From IMG/VR virus record IMGVR_UViG_3300031823_000005: a stretch of DNA of 64,000 nucleotides; one strand, given 5' to 3'. Positions 18,279-28,638 of this stretch are shown here, in pieces. Under the pieces are notes generated by a model. That model was not told the origin of the DNA. It saw only the letters and a program-made list of their open reading frames with translations, and searched no databases. This stretch comes from an uncultured virus (IMG/VR IMGVR_UViG_3300031823_000005) (Duplodnaviria > Heunggongvirae > Uroviricota > Caudoviricetes). Position 1 is the stretch's first letter. Every line of letters starts with the position of its first letter. The position numbers were made by a program, and so were the translations under genes.

Positions 18279-18457
18279 ACCCCTCTCGTTTCCAAATCAT
18301 TTCTGAAGCCACCGCCAATACCTCGACCAGATTCGTGATGTAACTCCATTTCATCTAAACCCATTGGATTACCGCAATCGGAGCACCGCCCCTCCTGTTC
18401 AACGTACCGTCGATCCTTGAGAGCTCGATACTCCGATGGCGGTAAAGCTATCCTCAT
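18194..18457 (-). CDS. small HNH-like protein
   Basis: CSDC...ELHH...VCHKCH; ATGA-coupled to the upstream gene. Confidence 0.6.
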   Translation of the reverse strand: MRIALPPSEYRALKDRRYVEQEGRCSDCGNPMGLDEMELHHESGRGIGGGFRNDLETRGVCHKCHPAADRNRKSKWIVIGNEEQRIA

Positions 18458-19182
18458 TGACAAGTCGACGCAGGGAATCCGTACGCTTGCCCACACTCAA
18501 GACCGTTCGGATACAAACTACCAGCCGCAATATAGCCATAACCCTGCACGGTTCCATTTGAGTAAAAAATAGCTACAGGACTGCCCATAACCTGACCACC
18601 ATCAACCGACTGCCATTTATTTCCTGTTGGAGCATAAATTACCTGAACATCAGGAGTTTGATTTAACGTGGTTGCATAGGTCAGAAAATCTAACGAGGAC
18701 CAATTGACTTTCGGAGTTGGATCAATATTCCTTACAACCATGTCGTAATACTGTCCAACGACGAGCATACTCGGAGGAAAACAAACCAACGGAAAACCTC
18801 CATGCCCATTCTCTGTTGGCATAGGAACAGTAAACAAAGCCGTCGAAATCAAATTCCCAGGAAAACCACTATTGTCCGCGTGAAGTTCATAAACAAAACT
18901 TCCACCAGTTCCAGATGCGTAGCCGGATTTTCCAGTTGGATTTTCTGTAATCCAATAAACCCTCACAGCCGCCAACACAGTACTATTTGCTTGAAAACGA
19001 ATTGCTACTTGATTGCCCCACTGACCACCAACGACCACGTTGTCCAATGCCGTAGCTTTCAGACCAACGGAAGTTGTCTTTAAACTTACTGACGCTGATT
19101 GCGGTTGCGGCTTCTTATTGTGACAACCTGAAACCAACAACAAAACTGCCAACATCGCACTGATAAATACTCCACGCTTCAT
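18454..19182 (-). CDS. putative lipoprotein
   Basis: MKRGVFISAMLAVLLLVSGC signal peptide and lipobox; beta-rich body. Confidence 0.6.
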   Translation of the reverse strand: MKRGVFISAMLAVLLLVSGCHNKKPQPQSASVSLKTTSVGLKATALDNVVVGGQWGNQVAIRFQANSTVLAAVRVYWITENPTGKSGYASGTGGSFVYELHADNSGFPGNLISTALFTVPMPTENGHGGFPLVCFPPSMLVVGQYYDMVVRNIDPTPKVNWSSLDFLTYATTLNQTPDVQVIYAPTGNKWQSVDGGQVMGSPVAIFYSNGTVQGYGYIAAGSLYPNGLECGQAYGFPASTCQ

Positions 19183-19196
19183 AACGCCTCCCCAAT

Positions 19197-19901
19197 TCAT
19201 TCTTCGATTTTGAAATTTATGTTTCCGTTTACGAAAGCACCTGCCTTCTCCAAACGTTTCAACGTCTCCCGCTCTTCCCTACCACTCAAGAATTCCTGGC
19301 AAAGACTAACCAGATGGAGCCCGCGGCCTGACGCTGCTTCCGGATTTTTTACCGGCTCCAAAGCTTGCATGACGGCAAATGCTTTCTTGACCTCATCAAG
19401 ATCCTCTACTTTGATTGCAAAATCCATACGCTCGTAGCGGCCGCTGTCGAAATGATGACCGGCAATCGTATTCGCAACCATTTGCTGAAGGGAGAAAAAC
19501 GGCAAAGCTGGATTCTTCTCGATCTCTTTGACGAATCGTGCAAGCTGCTTCGGTTTTTCCTTGGCAACCTTCACAAGTTCAAAACACCTGGACGAACCGA
19601 TCAACTCGAGAGTTTTATCCGGAAGCTTCAAGTGTTCCTTAACACCGATAAACCGATAGACACTGGCTTTAGACTGCTTCACGTCGACGCGAATCCAATC
19701 CTCAAAACTATTGAACGGTTTCCGTGTCTCCGGATTAGTCCACTCTCGAAAAAGCTGTCCCTTCTGAACCTTGTGAACCAAATTCGAAAGCTCCACAAGT
19801 TTATGCTCTGCCTTGTCGTGAAGCTGCTGAAGCTCGTCTGATAAATCCTTGATCTTTTTTCGAAGCGCAGAATGATCAATCTTTTTTGCTAGTGGCGTCA
19901 T
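19197..19901 (-). CDS. hypothetical protein
   Basis: long ORF in operon; FNSFEDW..SVYRFI pattern may indicate DNA binding. Confidence 0.55.
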   Translation of the reverse strand: MTPLAKKIDHSALRKKIKDLSDELQQLHDKAEHKLVELSNLVHKVQKGQLFREWTNPETRKPFNSFEDWIRVDVKQSKASVYRFIGVKEHLKLPDKTLELIGSSRCFELVKVAKEKPKQLARFVKEIEKNPALPFFSLQQMVANTIAGHHFDSGRYERMDFAIKVEDLDEVKKAFAVMQALEPVKNPEAASGRGLHLVSLCQEFLSGREERETLKRLEKAGAFVNGNINFKIEE

Positions 19902-20059
19902 TTTCTCTCTCACAAATCAAACACTCACCAACATGGTTTTCATGCTGGCACAAAGGGCGCTCGTTTTTCTTAACATTGACATTCACATCTATATCAACAC
20001 GATCCCTTCTGTAATACGGACCATCACTTCCCCCAGGAACACCGCCTCCTCCACTCATA

Positions 20060-21475
20060 TCAATCCTCCAATGCAAACGAAGTTTGGTTCTTCGGCACAC
20101 TATCCGGTGTCGAATCTTTTTCACTCGGCGGCATATCCAGCAACCGCACAAAGTCAGAATCGAATTTCAAATCGACCTTAGCAACCCGGCCGTTGCGAGC
20201 TTTAATTACAAACGCAGTCGCCTTATCCTCGAACTCTTTCTTGAACCCATGCTGAAAAAACTGGCGTACAACCCAAACAATCACATCCGGAGTATTCCGG
20301 ATCGAACTATCCCCGTAAATATCATCAAGCTGTGGCCGGCCACCTTGAGCAACTCGATGAGAAACCTTTCTCAATTGAGACAACATAATCACGCAGATAT
20401 CTTCGCTTTCAGCAAAATGCTTCGCGTCTAAAATAAATTTTCTCTGATGACGAAAAAAACGATCTTCATCCTCTTCCGGATCAATACCAGCCTCGATCAC
20501 AAGTTGATCATAGTCGATAACGATAAAATCAAGCGGTCCAGACTTCTTCCTAGCCTTACTAATAGCCCAAATATTCACCGGCCGGATATCACTCTCAACG
20601 ATGATCAAATGTCGAATGTATCCAGCCTGAAACTTCAAAGCGTCAAACTGCTGCTCATCCATCTTTTCAGGGAACCGTGTCTTCCAAAACGGGATCTTTG
20701 CGTCGAACGCAATTTGCCGAAGAACAATCTGCTCCCCAGGCATCTCTGCGCTAAAAATAATTCCGGTATACCCATCTTTCTCAGCTTGATCAGCAAACTG
20801 CGAAGCCAATAAAGTTTTTCCATTCGACGTCGGACCAACAATCACCACAAGCTCTTTCTTTCTAAAACCACCAACCACATCATCCAAATCATCGAGCCCA
20901 GAATTTATCTTCGCCGCGTTCTCCGGATAATCACGCTCCTTCTGAACTTTTTGAATCGCACTTTGAGCTACGTCATACCACTTCCGCACCAACGGACCCG
21001 ACGTGGAAGAAGCTAACCCAAGAAAATCTTCAATCGCTTTCTCAACGATCCCAGAAGCATCCTCGTTGTTAAATGCCTTCTCCCAGATATTGTGGGTTGC
21101 ATGAATCAAATTACGAAGAACAGCCTTCTCCCGAACGATCTTCGCGTAATGCTCAACGTTTGAAACTTTTGGCATCCCATCACACAACGACGCCAAGTAC
21201 GGAGCCCCACCAGAAGATTCCAATTCCTTACTCGAATTCAAATATTCAGTAAGAGTAACTAGATCAATAGACGATCCCTGACCAACAAGAGATTGCATCG
21301 CCACAAAAGATTTTCGATGCTGCTCAAGAAAAAAATCTTCTCGCTTCACTAAATTGAAAACTTTAGGTGCAGCGCCATTATCCAAAAGAATCGCACCGAG
21401 GATAGACCTCTCAGCCTCAAGATTCATCGGCAAAGGTCTCGAGAATACAGGTTCTTTCTTCACCTGTTTTTTCAC
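20060..21475 (-). CDS. dnaB: replicative DNA helicase
   Basis: EAERSILGAILLD N-domain, GPTSNGKT Walker A, FSAEM, IDY, LSQL, KARNG. Confidence 0.9.
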   Translation of the reverse strand: MKKQVKKEPVFSRPLPMNLEAERSILGAILLDNGAAPKVFNLVKREDFFLEQHRKSFVAMQSLVGQGSSIDLVTLTEYLNSSKELESSGGAPYLASLCDGMPKVSNVEHYAKIVREKAVLRNLIHATHNIWEKAFNNEDASGIVEKAIEDFLGLASSTSGPLVRKWYDVAQSAIQKVQKERDYPENAAKINSGLDDLDDVVGGFRKKELVVIVGPTSNGKTLLASQFADQAEKDGYTGIIFSAEMPGEQIVLRQIAFDAKIPFWKTRFPEKMDEQQFDALKFQAGYIRHLIIVESDIRPVNIWAISKARKKSGPLDFIVIDYDQLVIEAGIDPEEDEDRFFRHQRKFILDAKHFAESEDICVIMLSQLRKVSHRVAQGGRPQLDDIYGDSSIRNTPDVIVWVVRQFFQHGFKKEFEDKATAFVIKARNGRVAKVDLKFDSDFVRLLDMPPSEKDSTPDSVPKNQTSFALED

Positions 21476-22542
21476 TGACCCTGCCTTTCTTTACGAATAT
21501 CCGCGGCCGTTGGCATATCATCATCCAAAATCGCCTTAACAGTCTCAGAAATACCTTCAGTAATCTGACCATCAGGCGGAGGCACAACAGCCTCCAAATA
21601 TTCATCAGCGTTCTTCAGAAACAACGCGATCGGGTACTGAATCTTCTTCCCCCCGGCGCCAAGCTCGACAGCCCACACCTCCATAGCCTTGAGGACCATA
21701 TCCTCGCCGTACTGTCCAATCAAGGAAGCCCAACTCTCCTGCTGGCGCTCCCCAGGGTTGCCTAGATTGCCCTTACAAAACCTCCGGTACAACCTTTTAG
21801 CCATACGGTAGGACGCTACTGGATCTTCGTTCCTGATGGGAGGGGTTGAACTTGAAGTTGACGTTTCCTCATCTTCCGTACGTACAGGTTCCTTAGAATG
21901 GATCAGTGGTGGATCACTAACGGATCGGGTGCCACCAGTGGCACCATTAACTGTTTGATTTGGCACCATAGATTGTTCAGTTTGGCACCCTTCCTCGTTC
22001 AAAATGGCACCCAAGGACCTTATTCCGTACGGTGCCATTTTGGCACCCTTCTTCATATTGCATTGTTTACAAGAAAGCGTGATGTTGACAGCTTCATACC
22101 CACCACCACGACTACCAGGAACAATTCGATCGATCTCCCATGGTTTCCCGTCAGGTCCTAAAAATTCACTACCTTCTTCTTTACAGTAAGAACAAGTCTG
22201 CTCAAATTTTTCGATAACAGCTTCACGTAGAGCTTGAGGGCAATTACTATAATCCGGTTGTGGCATCTTTGGAATTCCATCGAGTTTTATTCTGTAATGA
22301 AGAATTTTTTTATAGCGGATTTTGTCAGTTGGTTTCCAAAACGTCTCCAGCCAATCATGTGTTTTTAAATACCCTAAAACTCTTTGGAGGGTTCGTTCAG
22401 GAATAGAAGTCATTCGTGATAGTGACGTTATACCTAAATAACAAACTCCATAATCATCGGCACTATCAGCTAAACATACCAATACAAATTTGGCTTTTGT
22501 TGGAAGGTCGCAATTGAAAACCTTGGAAATAAGCTGAATCAC
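21472..22542 (-). CDS. phage replication initiator (N-terminal HTH) with inserted HNH domain
   Basis: KFVLVCLADSADDYGVCY HTH_36-like start; CSYC...IDRIVPGSRGG...CKQCNMKKG; upstream of dnaB; GGGAGG RBS. Confidence 0.75.
   Translation of the reverse strand: MIQLISKVFNCDLPTKAKFVLVCLADSADDYGVCYLGITSLSRMTSIPERTLQRVLGYLKTHDWLETFWKPTDKIRYKKILHYRIKLDGIPKMPQPDYSNCPQALREAVIEKFEQTCSYCKEEGSEFLGPDGKPWEIDRIVPGSRGGGYEAVNITLSCKQCNMKKGAKMAPYGIRSLGAILNEEGCQTEQSMVPNQTVNGATGGTRSVSDPPLIHSKEPVRTEDEETSTSSSTPPIRNEDPVASYRMAKRLYRRFCKGNLGNPGERQQESWASLIGQYGEDMVLKAMEVWAVELGAGGKKIQYPIALFLKNADEYLEAVVPPPDGQITEGISETVKAILDDDMPTAADIRKERQGQ
21928..22047. repeat. iteron cluster, putative replication origin
   Basis: TGGCACC at 21939, 21961, 21983, 22005 (22-bp period) and 22041; inverted GGTGCCA at 21928 and 22031. 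Confidence 0.75.
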
Positions 22543-22576
22543 TTCAGCCTCCCTTGGACGCTCATTTTTTTTACTA

Positions 22577-22680
22577 TTGACAAAACAGGAAGGAGGTTGC
22601 GAAAATCCACCCTGCTAGTTGACCACTCCACTCCTGCACCGAACACAGGGCGCCCATCACGGCGCCCTTCTTTTTTTTTT
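22577..22680 (+). ncRNA. putative antisense small RNA (promoter plus terminator) opposite the initiator leader
   Basis: TTGACA (22577)-18-GAAAAT, then AGGGCGCC-CATCAC-GGCGCCCT hairpin followed by TC and T10. Confidence 0.55.
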
Positions 22681-22694
22681 ACTAAAGCTTTGTG

Positions 22695-22723
22695 AAAGTA
22701 CTCCGCTGTACGCTAGCTGTCAA
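22695..22723 (-). promoter_or_regulatory. sigma70 promoter for the replication genes
   Basis: TTGACA-17 nt-TACTTT on the - strand. Confidence 0.7.
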
Positions 22724-23214
22724 GATCGAGATTTATTTTCAGGATTTATTTCGACATCCAATAAAAATTTGTAAACATCGCGGTTCCAACGTGCATCTTC
22801 CAAGGCGTTATGTTCCGTCGAGGTTTGCTTCGGAAGCTTCGGATTGCCGAGCGAGTCGCACCACTGCTTCAAATCGCGGCAGTACATCGGCCAGCCTTTC
22901 GGCAAGTTCATCATCGTTCCAAATAGCTGGCAGAAGACAACCCAATCATAGTCAGCGTAGTAACCCCAGAACTCCGGCTTCTGACTCCCTATCCATTCTA
23001 AAATGTGAGGACCGATCTGTTTGATTGGGATCTTGGGACCGCCAAGGTGCGGCAATACATTCGCTTTAACCCAATCGTTTGCTAGTTCCAACGGCGCGTC
23101 TTCGTTTACAACATAAAATTCCGTCCCATGCTCACTAACAATTCCAATCGAGAGCAGGATTAGCGGAAACTTTGGCCCATTCTCAAGAAACTCCGTATCG
23201 AAAAAATATCTCAT
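22720..23214 (-). CDS. DEDD 3'-5' exoribonuclease (Rv2179c/DUF5051-like)
   Basis: YFFDTEF, YDWVVFCQLFG, HNALEDARW. Confidence 0.85.
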   Translation of the reverse strand: MRYFFDTEFLENGPKFPLILLSIGIVSEHGTEFYVVNEDAPLELANDWVKANVLPHLGGPKIPIKQIGPHILEWIGSQKPEFWGYYADYDWVVFCQLFGTMMNLPKGWPMYCRDLKQWCDSLGNPKLPKQTSTEHNALEDARWNRDVYKFLLDVEINPENKSRS

Positions 23215-23249
23215 CTCTCACTTCCTCCTCTCGGGCAGCCTGCCTGCTC

Positions 23250-23453
23250 TCAAACCTTCCGCTCCTCTGGCGGCAATCCCTCGTACGGTGGCATCGGGTT
23301 GTACCAAGGGAACTCCCCACAGTTAGAGTCGTAGCCGCAAATCCGACAACGCGAGCGGATAGCAAAATTCACCGCTCCACACTTGGGATTCGGACAAGTC
23401 CAATCCGGGTCCTTCCATAACTGTTCTTCAAGTTTTACATCTCGCGTGGTCAT
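23250..23453 (-). CDS. RanBP2-type zinc-finger small protein
   Basis: DWTCPNPKCGAVNFAIRSRCRICG. Confidence 0.6.
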   Translation of the reverse strand: MTTRDVKLEEQLWKDPDWTCPNPKCGAVNFAIRSRCRICGYDSNCGEFPWYNPMPPYEGLPPEERKV

Positions 23454-23502
23454 CGCTTCCTCCTCGCACTAGCCATGCTTCCTCCGCCAACTCTCGGTTT
23501 GC

Positions 23503-24114
23503 TCAGGTGCCCCACTGCTCGGCCATTGCGTCGGCGATGCCTTGAAACGTCCTGCTCCGCTCGCGCTCTCCGTACTTTAAGGCAGTAGGCAGCTTGCTGA
23601 CCGTGCGCGTGCCGTCTGCTTTCTTCCCGCCGCGCCGTGCTCCTCCGTGCCAGTGCGCTATCGGCGCGACTATTTTCGTTGGTTGCAGCGCCGGCAGCCC
23701 CTTGAGCCACAGGCAGGTTTTCTTCAGGTAAGGGTCGCCGAACTGGAACGGCTGGATAATCTGGTCCGGCTTCCGCCATAGCTTGCTAAGGATGCCGACC
23801 GGATTCTCGATTGCCCACGGTCCCGGCCAATCTCCTAAAGTTCTGCTGACGAAATGAACGGCCATTTGCTGAAGGCCGATAGCTTGCTTTGCTTTCCAGT
23901 ATTGCGCACCCGAAGAGCAGAGATGGGTACACGGCGGGAACGCAATCATCATGTCCCAATGTCGTACCAGCAAAGCTTCGACAACATCGCACTGGAAATG
24001 GTTAGAGCTACCGTCCTCCGCAGGCTGAAAGTCGCAACTCCACGCGTCGTGCCCGCGCTTCCTGAACGCCTCGCGCACCACGCCGGAGAACTCGCAGGCT
24101 ACCAGCACCCTCAT
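23503..24114 (-). CDS. phage DNA (cytosine-5) methyltransferase-like protein
   Basis: MRVLVACEFSG, AFPPCT (catalytic PC), IENP, RSRTFQGIADAMAEQWG. Confidence 0.85.
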   Translation of the reverse strand: MRVLVACEFSGVVREAFRKRGHDAWSCDFQPAEDGSSNHFQCDVVEALLVRHWDMMIAFPPCTHLCSSGAQYWKAKQAIGLQQMAVHFVSRTLGDWPGPWAIENPVGILSKLWRKPDQIIQPFQFGDPYLKKTCLWLKGLPALQPTKIVAPIAHWHGGARRGGKKADGTRTVSKLPTALKYGERERSRTFQGIADAMAEQWGT

Positions 24115-25094
24115 TTCCCCTCCACCGTGCCTGGGAGCTTCTGTAGGGCCTCGCGCACCAGCACAGCACAGGCCAACAAGTGCTGCCCGCAAACAGGGTC
24201 ACACTTTGGATTCTTAGGGTCCTGCAACTCCGTGCCCCACTTTTCTATTCTGCTCACGGCCTCCGCCAGCTTCGTCACGTCGGGCGCAGCGAGGGGTTGA
24301 GCCAGCGCGCGTTCGTTAGCCATTCTCACGATTGCCGCTTCGATGCGCTGTGCGATGACTCCCTTGAACGAGCGGACAATGGTTAGGCAGTCGTGATAGG
24401 CGACCTGTTTCAAGTCAGCCTCCCGCGTCCCTGCTTCGAGGGGCCGAGGGGCGGCGGCGACGCAATATTGGCTGCTACGAGAATCCTTGAAAGCGCATTC
24501 CTGCGAGTGGATTGGGTTACAGGAACACTTCGCCAGACCTCCTACAGGCTCGACTTCCCGCTGACCGACCCACGCTATCATCGGTGTCTCGGCGGCGAGC
24601 AGCTCGTCAACAATCGCCTCCAGCAAGTCTCCATCCAGTTCTTTGCTGGCGTTGTTTTAGTGGCAGTAACCTCGCGCCACTACCCCGCGCAACTCTTCTC
24701 TTTGTGTCTCGCTATTCATCACCCAGCTCCTTCGGTCGGACACTCAGCTAGAACCTTGCGCTGGGCCTTGACCTGCTCGTTGGCGTTGACCATGTTCATC
24801 CATGCTTTTGTGGCTCCGTGATAGCCGTGCCTATAAACTTCGGCGATGTAGTGCTCCGCCGCGCTCGCCTCGCACAGCATCAACTTCGTCAGCAAATCCA
24901 TCTGGTCGCTCATCGGCTCGTGCCCTCCTTGGCGTCAATAATTTCTTTCCACGGCCATTGCTCTCGTTCCAGATCGTAATCGTCAGCTTTATTTCCAGAG
25001 TCGTGGAGAGTGCCATCAGCGGCCTTGTACTTGCCGAAAGGCGCATCGCCATCGGATTCCCATATGAACGGCATACGCGGATTACGCAGATAGC

Positions 25095-26045
25095 TCATTG
25101 TGGTCCCTCGTTCGTTGGCGCTGCCTGGTTAGCCAGCCCTATTGCTAAAGCCGCCTGTCTCGCTTGCTCAACGAGCACGTTTAGCGAATCCCGCTTGTAG
25201 TCCCAGTATTTACACCGCTTGCACTGCATTTCACCATCGTCGCCGTACAAAGCAGGCCCGCTGTGTCCGTGCCCTTCCCATAGGAACATGCGAATCAACA
25301 TCTCGGTAGCGGGTGTCAGCGCCTCCCGCGTCCCCGGCGCTCCTTGGGCGGCCAATTCTTCCCATCCCTCGCTCAGAACGTCATCTGGGAGCTTATAGTG
25401 CGACTGAACTTCGCCAGTTTTCTTATTCCGCACTGTCACCATGCGCGGCGTGGGCGCTCCTTGGGCGGGAGGGGCAGCGCGTCCAGCAATTCGACCGCAA
25501 CCTTCGCATGGATGCGAAACGTGACTCAGGCAGCCGGGATGATCGCAAGGAACGCCATCGGGCCACGTTTTGACAGGCAGCGGCGTGCGCTCCGGCTCCC
25601 CGACAGGGGCAGCGGCTTGCCAATTCCAAATCTTCCCCCAATGCGGCCCGATGTGGCCTTTGCTCAATGTGCAGTAGTCCGTCGTGTGCCCTTGCGTATC
25701 AAAGGACTCGCATATTGAAGTGGGAGGCTCCGCGCTATCGAATACTTTTTCCATCTCGTCAGCCAATTCAGCGTGCAAATTTCTACTTTCAAGCAGGACT
25801 TCCGGGTCACTGCCAATTTGCCGCCACTCATGAATCTTCTTGAGCACGGCTTTGCAAATAGCTAAGGCCCTCGTTTCCTCCTGCGGCGACGCGACAGACG
25901 GAGTAGCGAGCGCCCGTTCGACAGCGGCCCCAAGTGGGGAACGTTTCCCGAAATAACCCAAGGTCACGCCAAGCAAAGTGACGATGTATCCTTTGCCATC
26001 GATTTCCAGTTCAGCCGTCCAGGCCCGCATCTCACTCGTCGTCAT
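25095..26045 (-). CDS. mosaic hypothetical phage protein
   Basis: 316-aa ORF of small Cys/His modules joined by AAQGAP linkers. Confidence 0.55.
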   Translation of the reverse strand: MTTSEMRAWTAELEIDGKGYIVTLLGVTLGYFGKRSPLGAAVERALATPSVASPQEETRALAICKAVLKKIHEWRQIGSDPEVLLESRNLHAELADEMEKVFDSAEPPTSICESFDTQGHTTDYCTLSKGHIGPHWGKIWNWQAAAPVGEPERTPLPVKTWPDGVPCDHPGCLSHVSHPCEGCGRIAGRAAPPAQGAPTPRMVTVRNKKTGEVQSHYKLPDDVLSEGWEELAAQGAPGTREALTPATEMLIRMFLWEGHGHSGPALYGDDGEMQCKRCKYWDYKRDSLNVLVEQARQAALAIGLANQAAPTNEGPQ

Positions 26046-26777
26046 CGCGCACCTCTATCAATCTCGTTCTTCGTGTGCCGTGAATGCCTGAGCAACTGAA
26101 ACTAGATGCTCGACTCCATTGGCGTCTGCGAAGCGCAACATCCCAAAATATCCTTCGTCCCGGTCGAGTAGCTTAGAGCCCCTGAAAACATCCGGCTGCG
26201 CGTTCTCGCCATAAAAAATGCAAACCGTCCACTTGCGCTCACTCGTCGTCATGCCCTGGCTCCTTTGACAGGTTCCCAAAAATCCATGTGGTAGGTATGC
26301 CCGCTTGACTGGCCGTCTATCATCACGCGCACAAGCGTGTCGCTGGACAGGCTAAAGCCGATAACCGTTCCAAACTTCAACCTTTTCTTCCGTATGAGCC
26401 CTTGGGCGATAGCTTCGGCTGTCATTTCAACGCGCTGCCCTTTGTCGAATTTTTCTCTTGCTGTCATCACTCCGCTCCTTTGAGGAATGCTGCCTTAGCG
26501 GCGTTCCAGGCCGCCGATAATTTCCTCTGCTCAATGCAAAGTTCGCAACCAGCGCCATGGCACATCGTATGGTCCCAATGGCTGTGCCCATAGCCGCGCT
26601 TCATCGCATCCCCTGCCTCCACTAGTTCCGGCAGATGGGACTCGCGGAGCACGCGGTCGGCAACGTCCGCAGCAGATTCGTAAACGCCGTTTACAAGCAC
26701 GGCATCTTCCCTGACTATTTTTTCCGCCAGCTTCCGCACCGCGTCACGGTCACTCGTGTCCATTTTTGGCATTCCTT

Positions 26778-27704
26778 TTATTCACTATCCAAAGATGCGA
26801 GTGCTCCGATTGTGGCTTTAGATTCTTTAACCCGAAGAGTCTTCTTCACTAAGTCTTCGTTACCGAGACACTTCGGCAAATAATCACACATCTTGCAGTG
26901 ATCGTTAGGCCACCGAACTCCAGTACGCATATACAGTCTCTTGTGAAGAAGTTTTTCATATTGTTCTTTCAACCAAGCGTCGACGGACTCCACTGCTTTT
27001 TCAGTGGCCACGCCTTTTACAATGTCGATTTTCGGAGAAGCCGTTTTCACCAACGCGATAAACCCAACCTTTCGAATCCCTGATACCAAGGCTCCAGTCA
27101 AAAGTTGAGGATCTAACGCAGCGTAGCCGGCAGTTTCTTCCTTTTCCGCATAGGTTGAACCGGACGTTTTCATGTCCCAGATTTCCAAACCACCGTCTTC
27201 TCCATCAGTAACCATATCTGCGACATAATCTAGGCGCGTCCCGTTATACCAAGTGGCATAAGGATCTTCTGGAAGAACGATCCCGAACCGCGGATTACGC
27301 TCGAGAATTTCTTTCAATGGCGATTGAGCCCGTTTAATAAGCCACATCCGCATCAAAGCCTTGCCAACCTGAAATAGGTGACTCCAACTAACATCCTTCG
27401 CTCCATAATCGAGATTGATATCCTTCCACTTAATCCATCGAGTAGAGAAACCTTCCTCTGGATTACCACCAACACGAACGTTCTCAACCACCGCTTCTTC
27501 ACAAGCGATCCCGAACTTCATCGCAGCCGACTCCATAAGACCTGTCAGCCCAACAAAACGACTATTGATGGTGTACTCCCCACACTTCGCTACATCCGAA
27601 GCAATGGAGTAACTGAAGTTGTAGACCGGATAGTTGGCCCACGATTTATAAAGCAATGGAGCCCCAGGTGGGACTACCGGTTCACGAAATTTTCCATCAG
27701 ACAT
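26778..27704 (-). CDS. PD-(D/E)XK nuclease (RecB/Cas4-like)
   Basis: AD...WDMKTS, DPQL, CKMCDY..KC cluster. Confidence 0.75.
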   Translation of the reverse strand: MSDGKFREPVVPPGAPLLYKSWANYPVYNFSYSIASDVAKCGEYTINSRFVGLTGLMESAAMKFGIACEEAVVENVRVGGNPEEGFSTRWIKWKDINLDYGAKDVSWSHLFQVGKALMRMWLIKRAQSPLKEILERNPRFGIVLPEDPYATWYNGTRLDYVADMVTDGEDGGLEIWDMKTSGSTYAEKEETAGYAALDPQLLTGALVSGIRKVGFIALVKTASPKIDIVKGVATEKAVESVDAWLKEQYEKLLHKRLYMRTGVRWPNDHCKMCDYLPKCLGNEDLVKKTLRVKESKATIGALASLDSE

Positions 27705-28638
27705 TCACATCCTCCAATTTTGGAAACTGCCGAATTCTAAGATCTAGTGGCCACTCATCCATGTCGCCACCTTTTTTATCTTTCAACAAAACCTTAAAAG
27801 TTCCCTTACCGGTATCTTTAGCGTTTACACCAATATTCCTTGTAGGCCACCTTGTAGTAGGAGTAGAAATTCCATCCCACTCAACGTTTGATCCAAGCTG
27901 TTTCACAAAAACAGGAACAGAAACTTCTTTACAGGAAAGAACAGTTTTGCGAGCCCAGGAAATGTCAAACGGCCGCGCGTTGAAACCACTCTCCCCACCA
28001 ACAACAATCCAATTAACACCCTTGCCCCAATTAAAAGCGTTCACCAAAGCCCCGTCATGCTTATAACGAGCTTCCCAAAAATCTACAGAACCTATCGCCG
28101 GTTCATAAGACACCCATCGAATCGAAGCCGGGGTATCCAATAAAACAGGAATCCTGAAATCTGCTGAAATCTGATCCTCGACACTCACACCCCACCAAAT
28201 CCCATCGGTCATATGAAGTGGATAAATCTTCCGGAGGATCTCTCGCATCCGTTCAGGACGCTTTGTAAGTACCTGAAAAATATGAGGCTGCTTTCGAAGT
28301 GCTCTGATCATCACATCGATCATTTTAACGATATCCTCTTCAGCAAGCGCCTCGTGGAAAAAATCGCTCATCGAATTCACAAAGATTACTCGTGGCTTAG
28401 TCCAACGAAGAGGATCTTCAAGATGTTTAGGGACCAAACGAACAACCCCGGTCCATCGAGGACCGACGCCATCTTTCATAATTGCCAATCCCTCGTACGG
28501 CATCCCGGGATCACTGAAACGGGCTGCTACACGCTCCGCATAGCAATTCCGGCAACCCTCGGATACCCGGCTACATCCGCGGATTGGATTCCATGTTTCA
28601 GTACACCAAGCGATACCATGAGATCCTTGTTTAGCCAT
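27697..28638 (-). CDS. DUF5131 (phage Gp37/Gp68) protein
   Basis: WNPIRGCSRVSEGCRNCYAE, FVNSMSD, LTKRPER, WIVVGGESG, FVKQLG. Confidence 0.9.
   Translation of the reverse strand: MAKQGSHGIAWCTETWNPIRGCSRVSEGCRNCYAERVAARFSDPGMPYEGLAIMKDGVGPRWTGVVRLVPKHLEDPLRWTKPRVIFVNSMSDFFHEALAEEDIVKMIDVMIRALRKQPHIFQVLTKRPERMREILRKIYPLHMTDGIWWGVSVEDQISADFRIPVLLDTPASIRWVSYEPAIGSVDFWEARYKHDGALVNAFNWGKGVNWIVVGGESGFNARPFDISWARKTVLSCKEVSVPVFVKQLGSNVEWDGISTPTTRWPTRNIGVNAKDTGKGTFKVLLKDKKGGDMDEWPLDLRIRQFPKLEDVNV

Noticed and set aside
26778..27704. Cas4 as part of the RAMP system
   Set aside because: It lies 19 kb away on the opposite strand among recombination genes; such nucleases are routine in phages.
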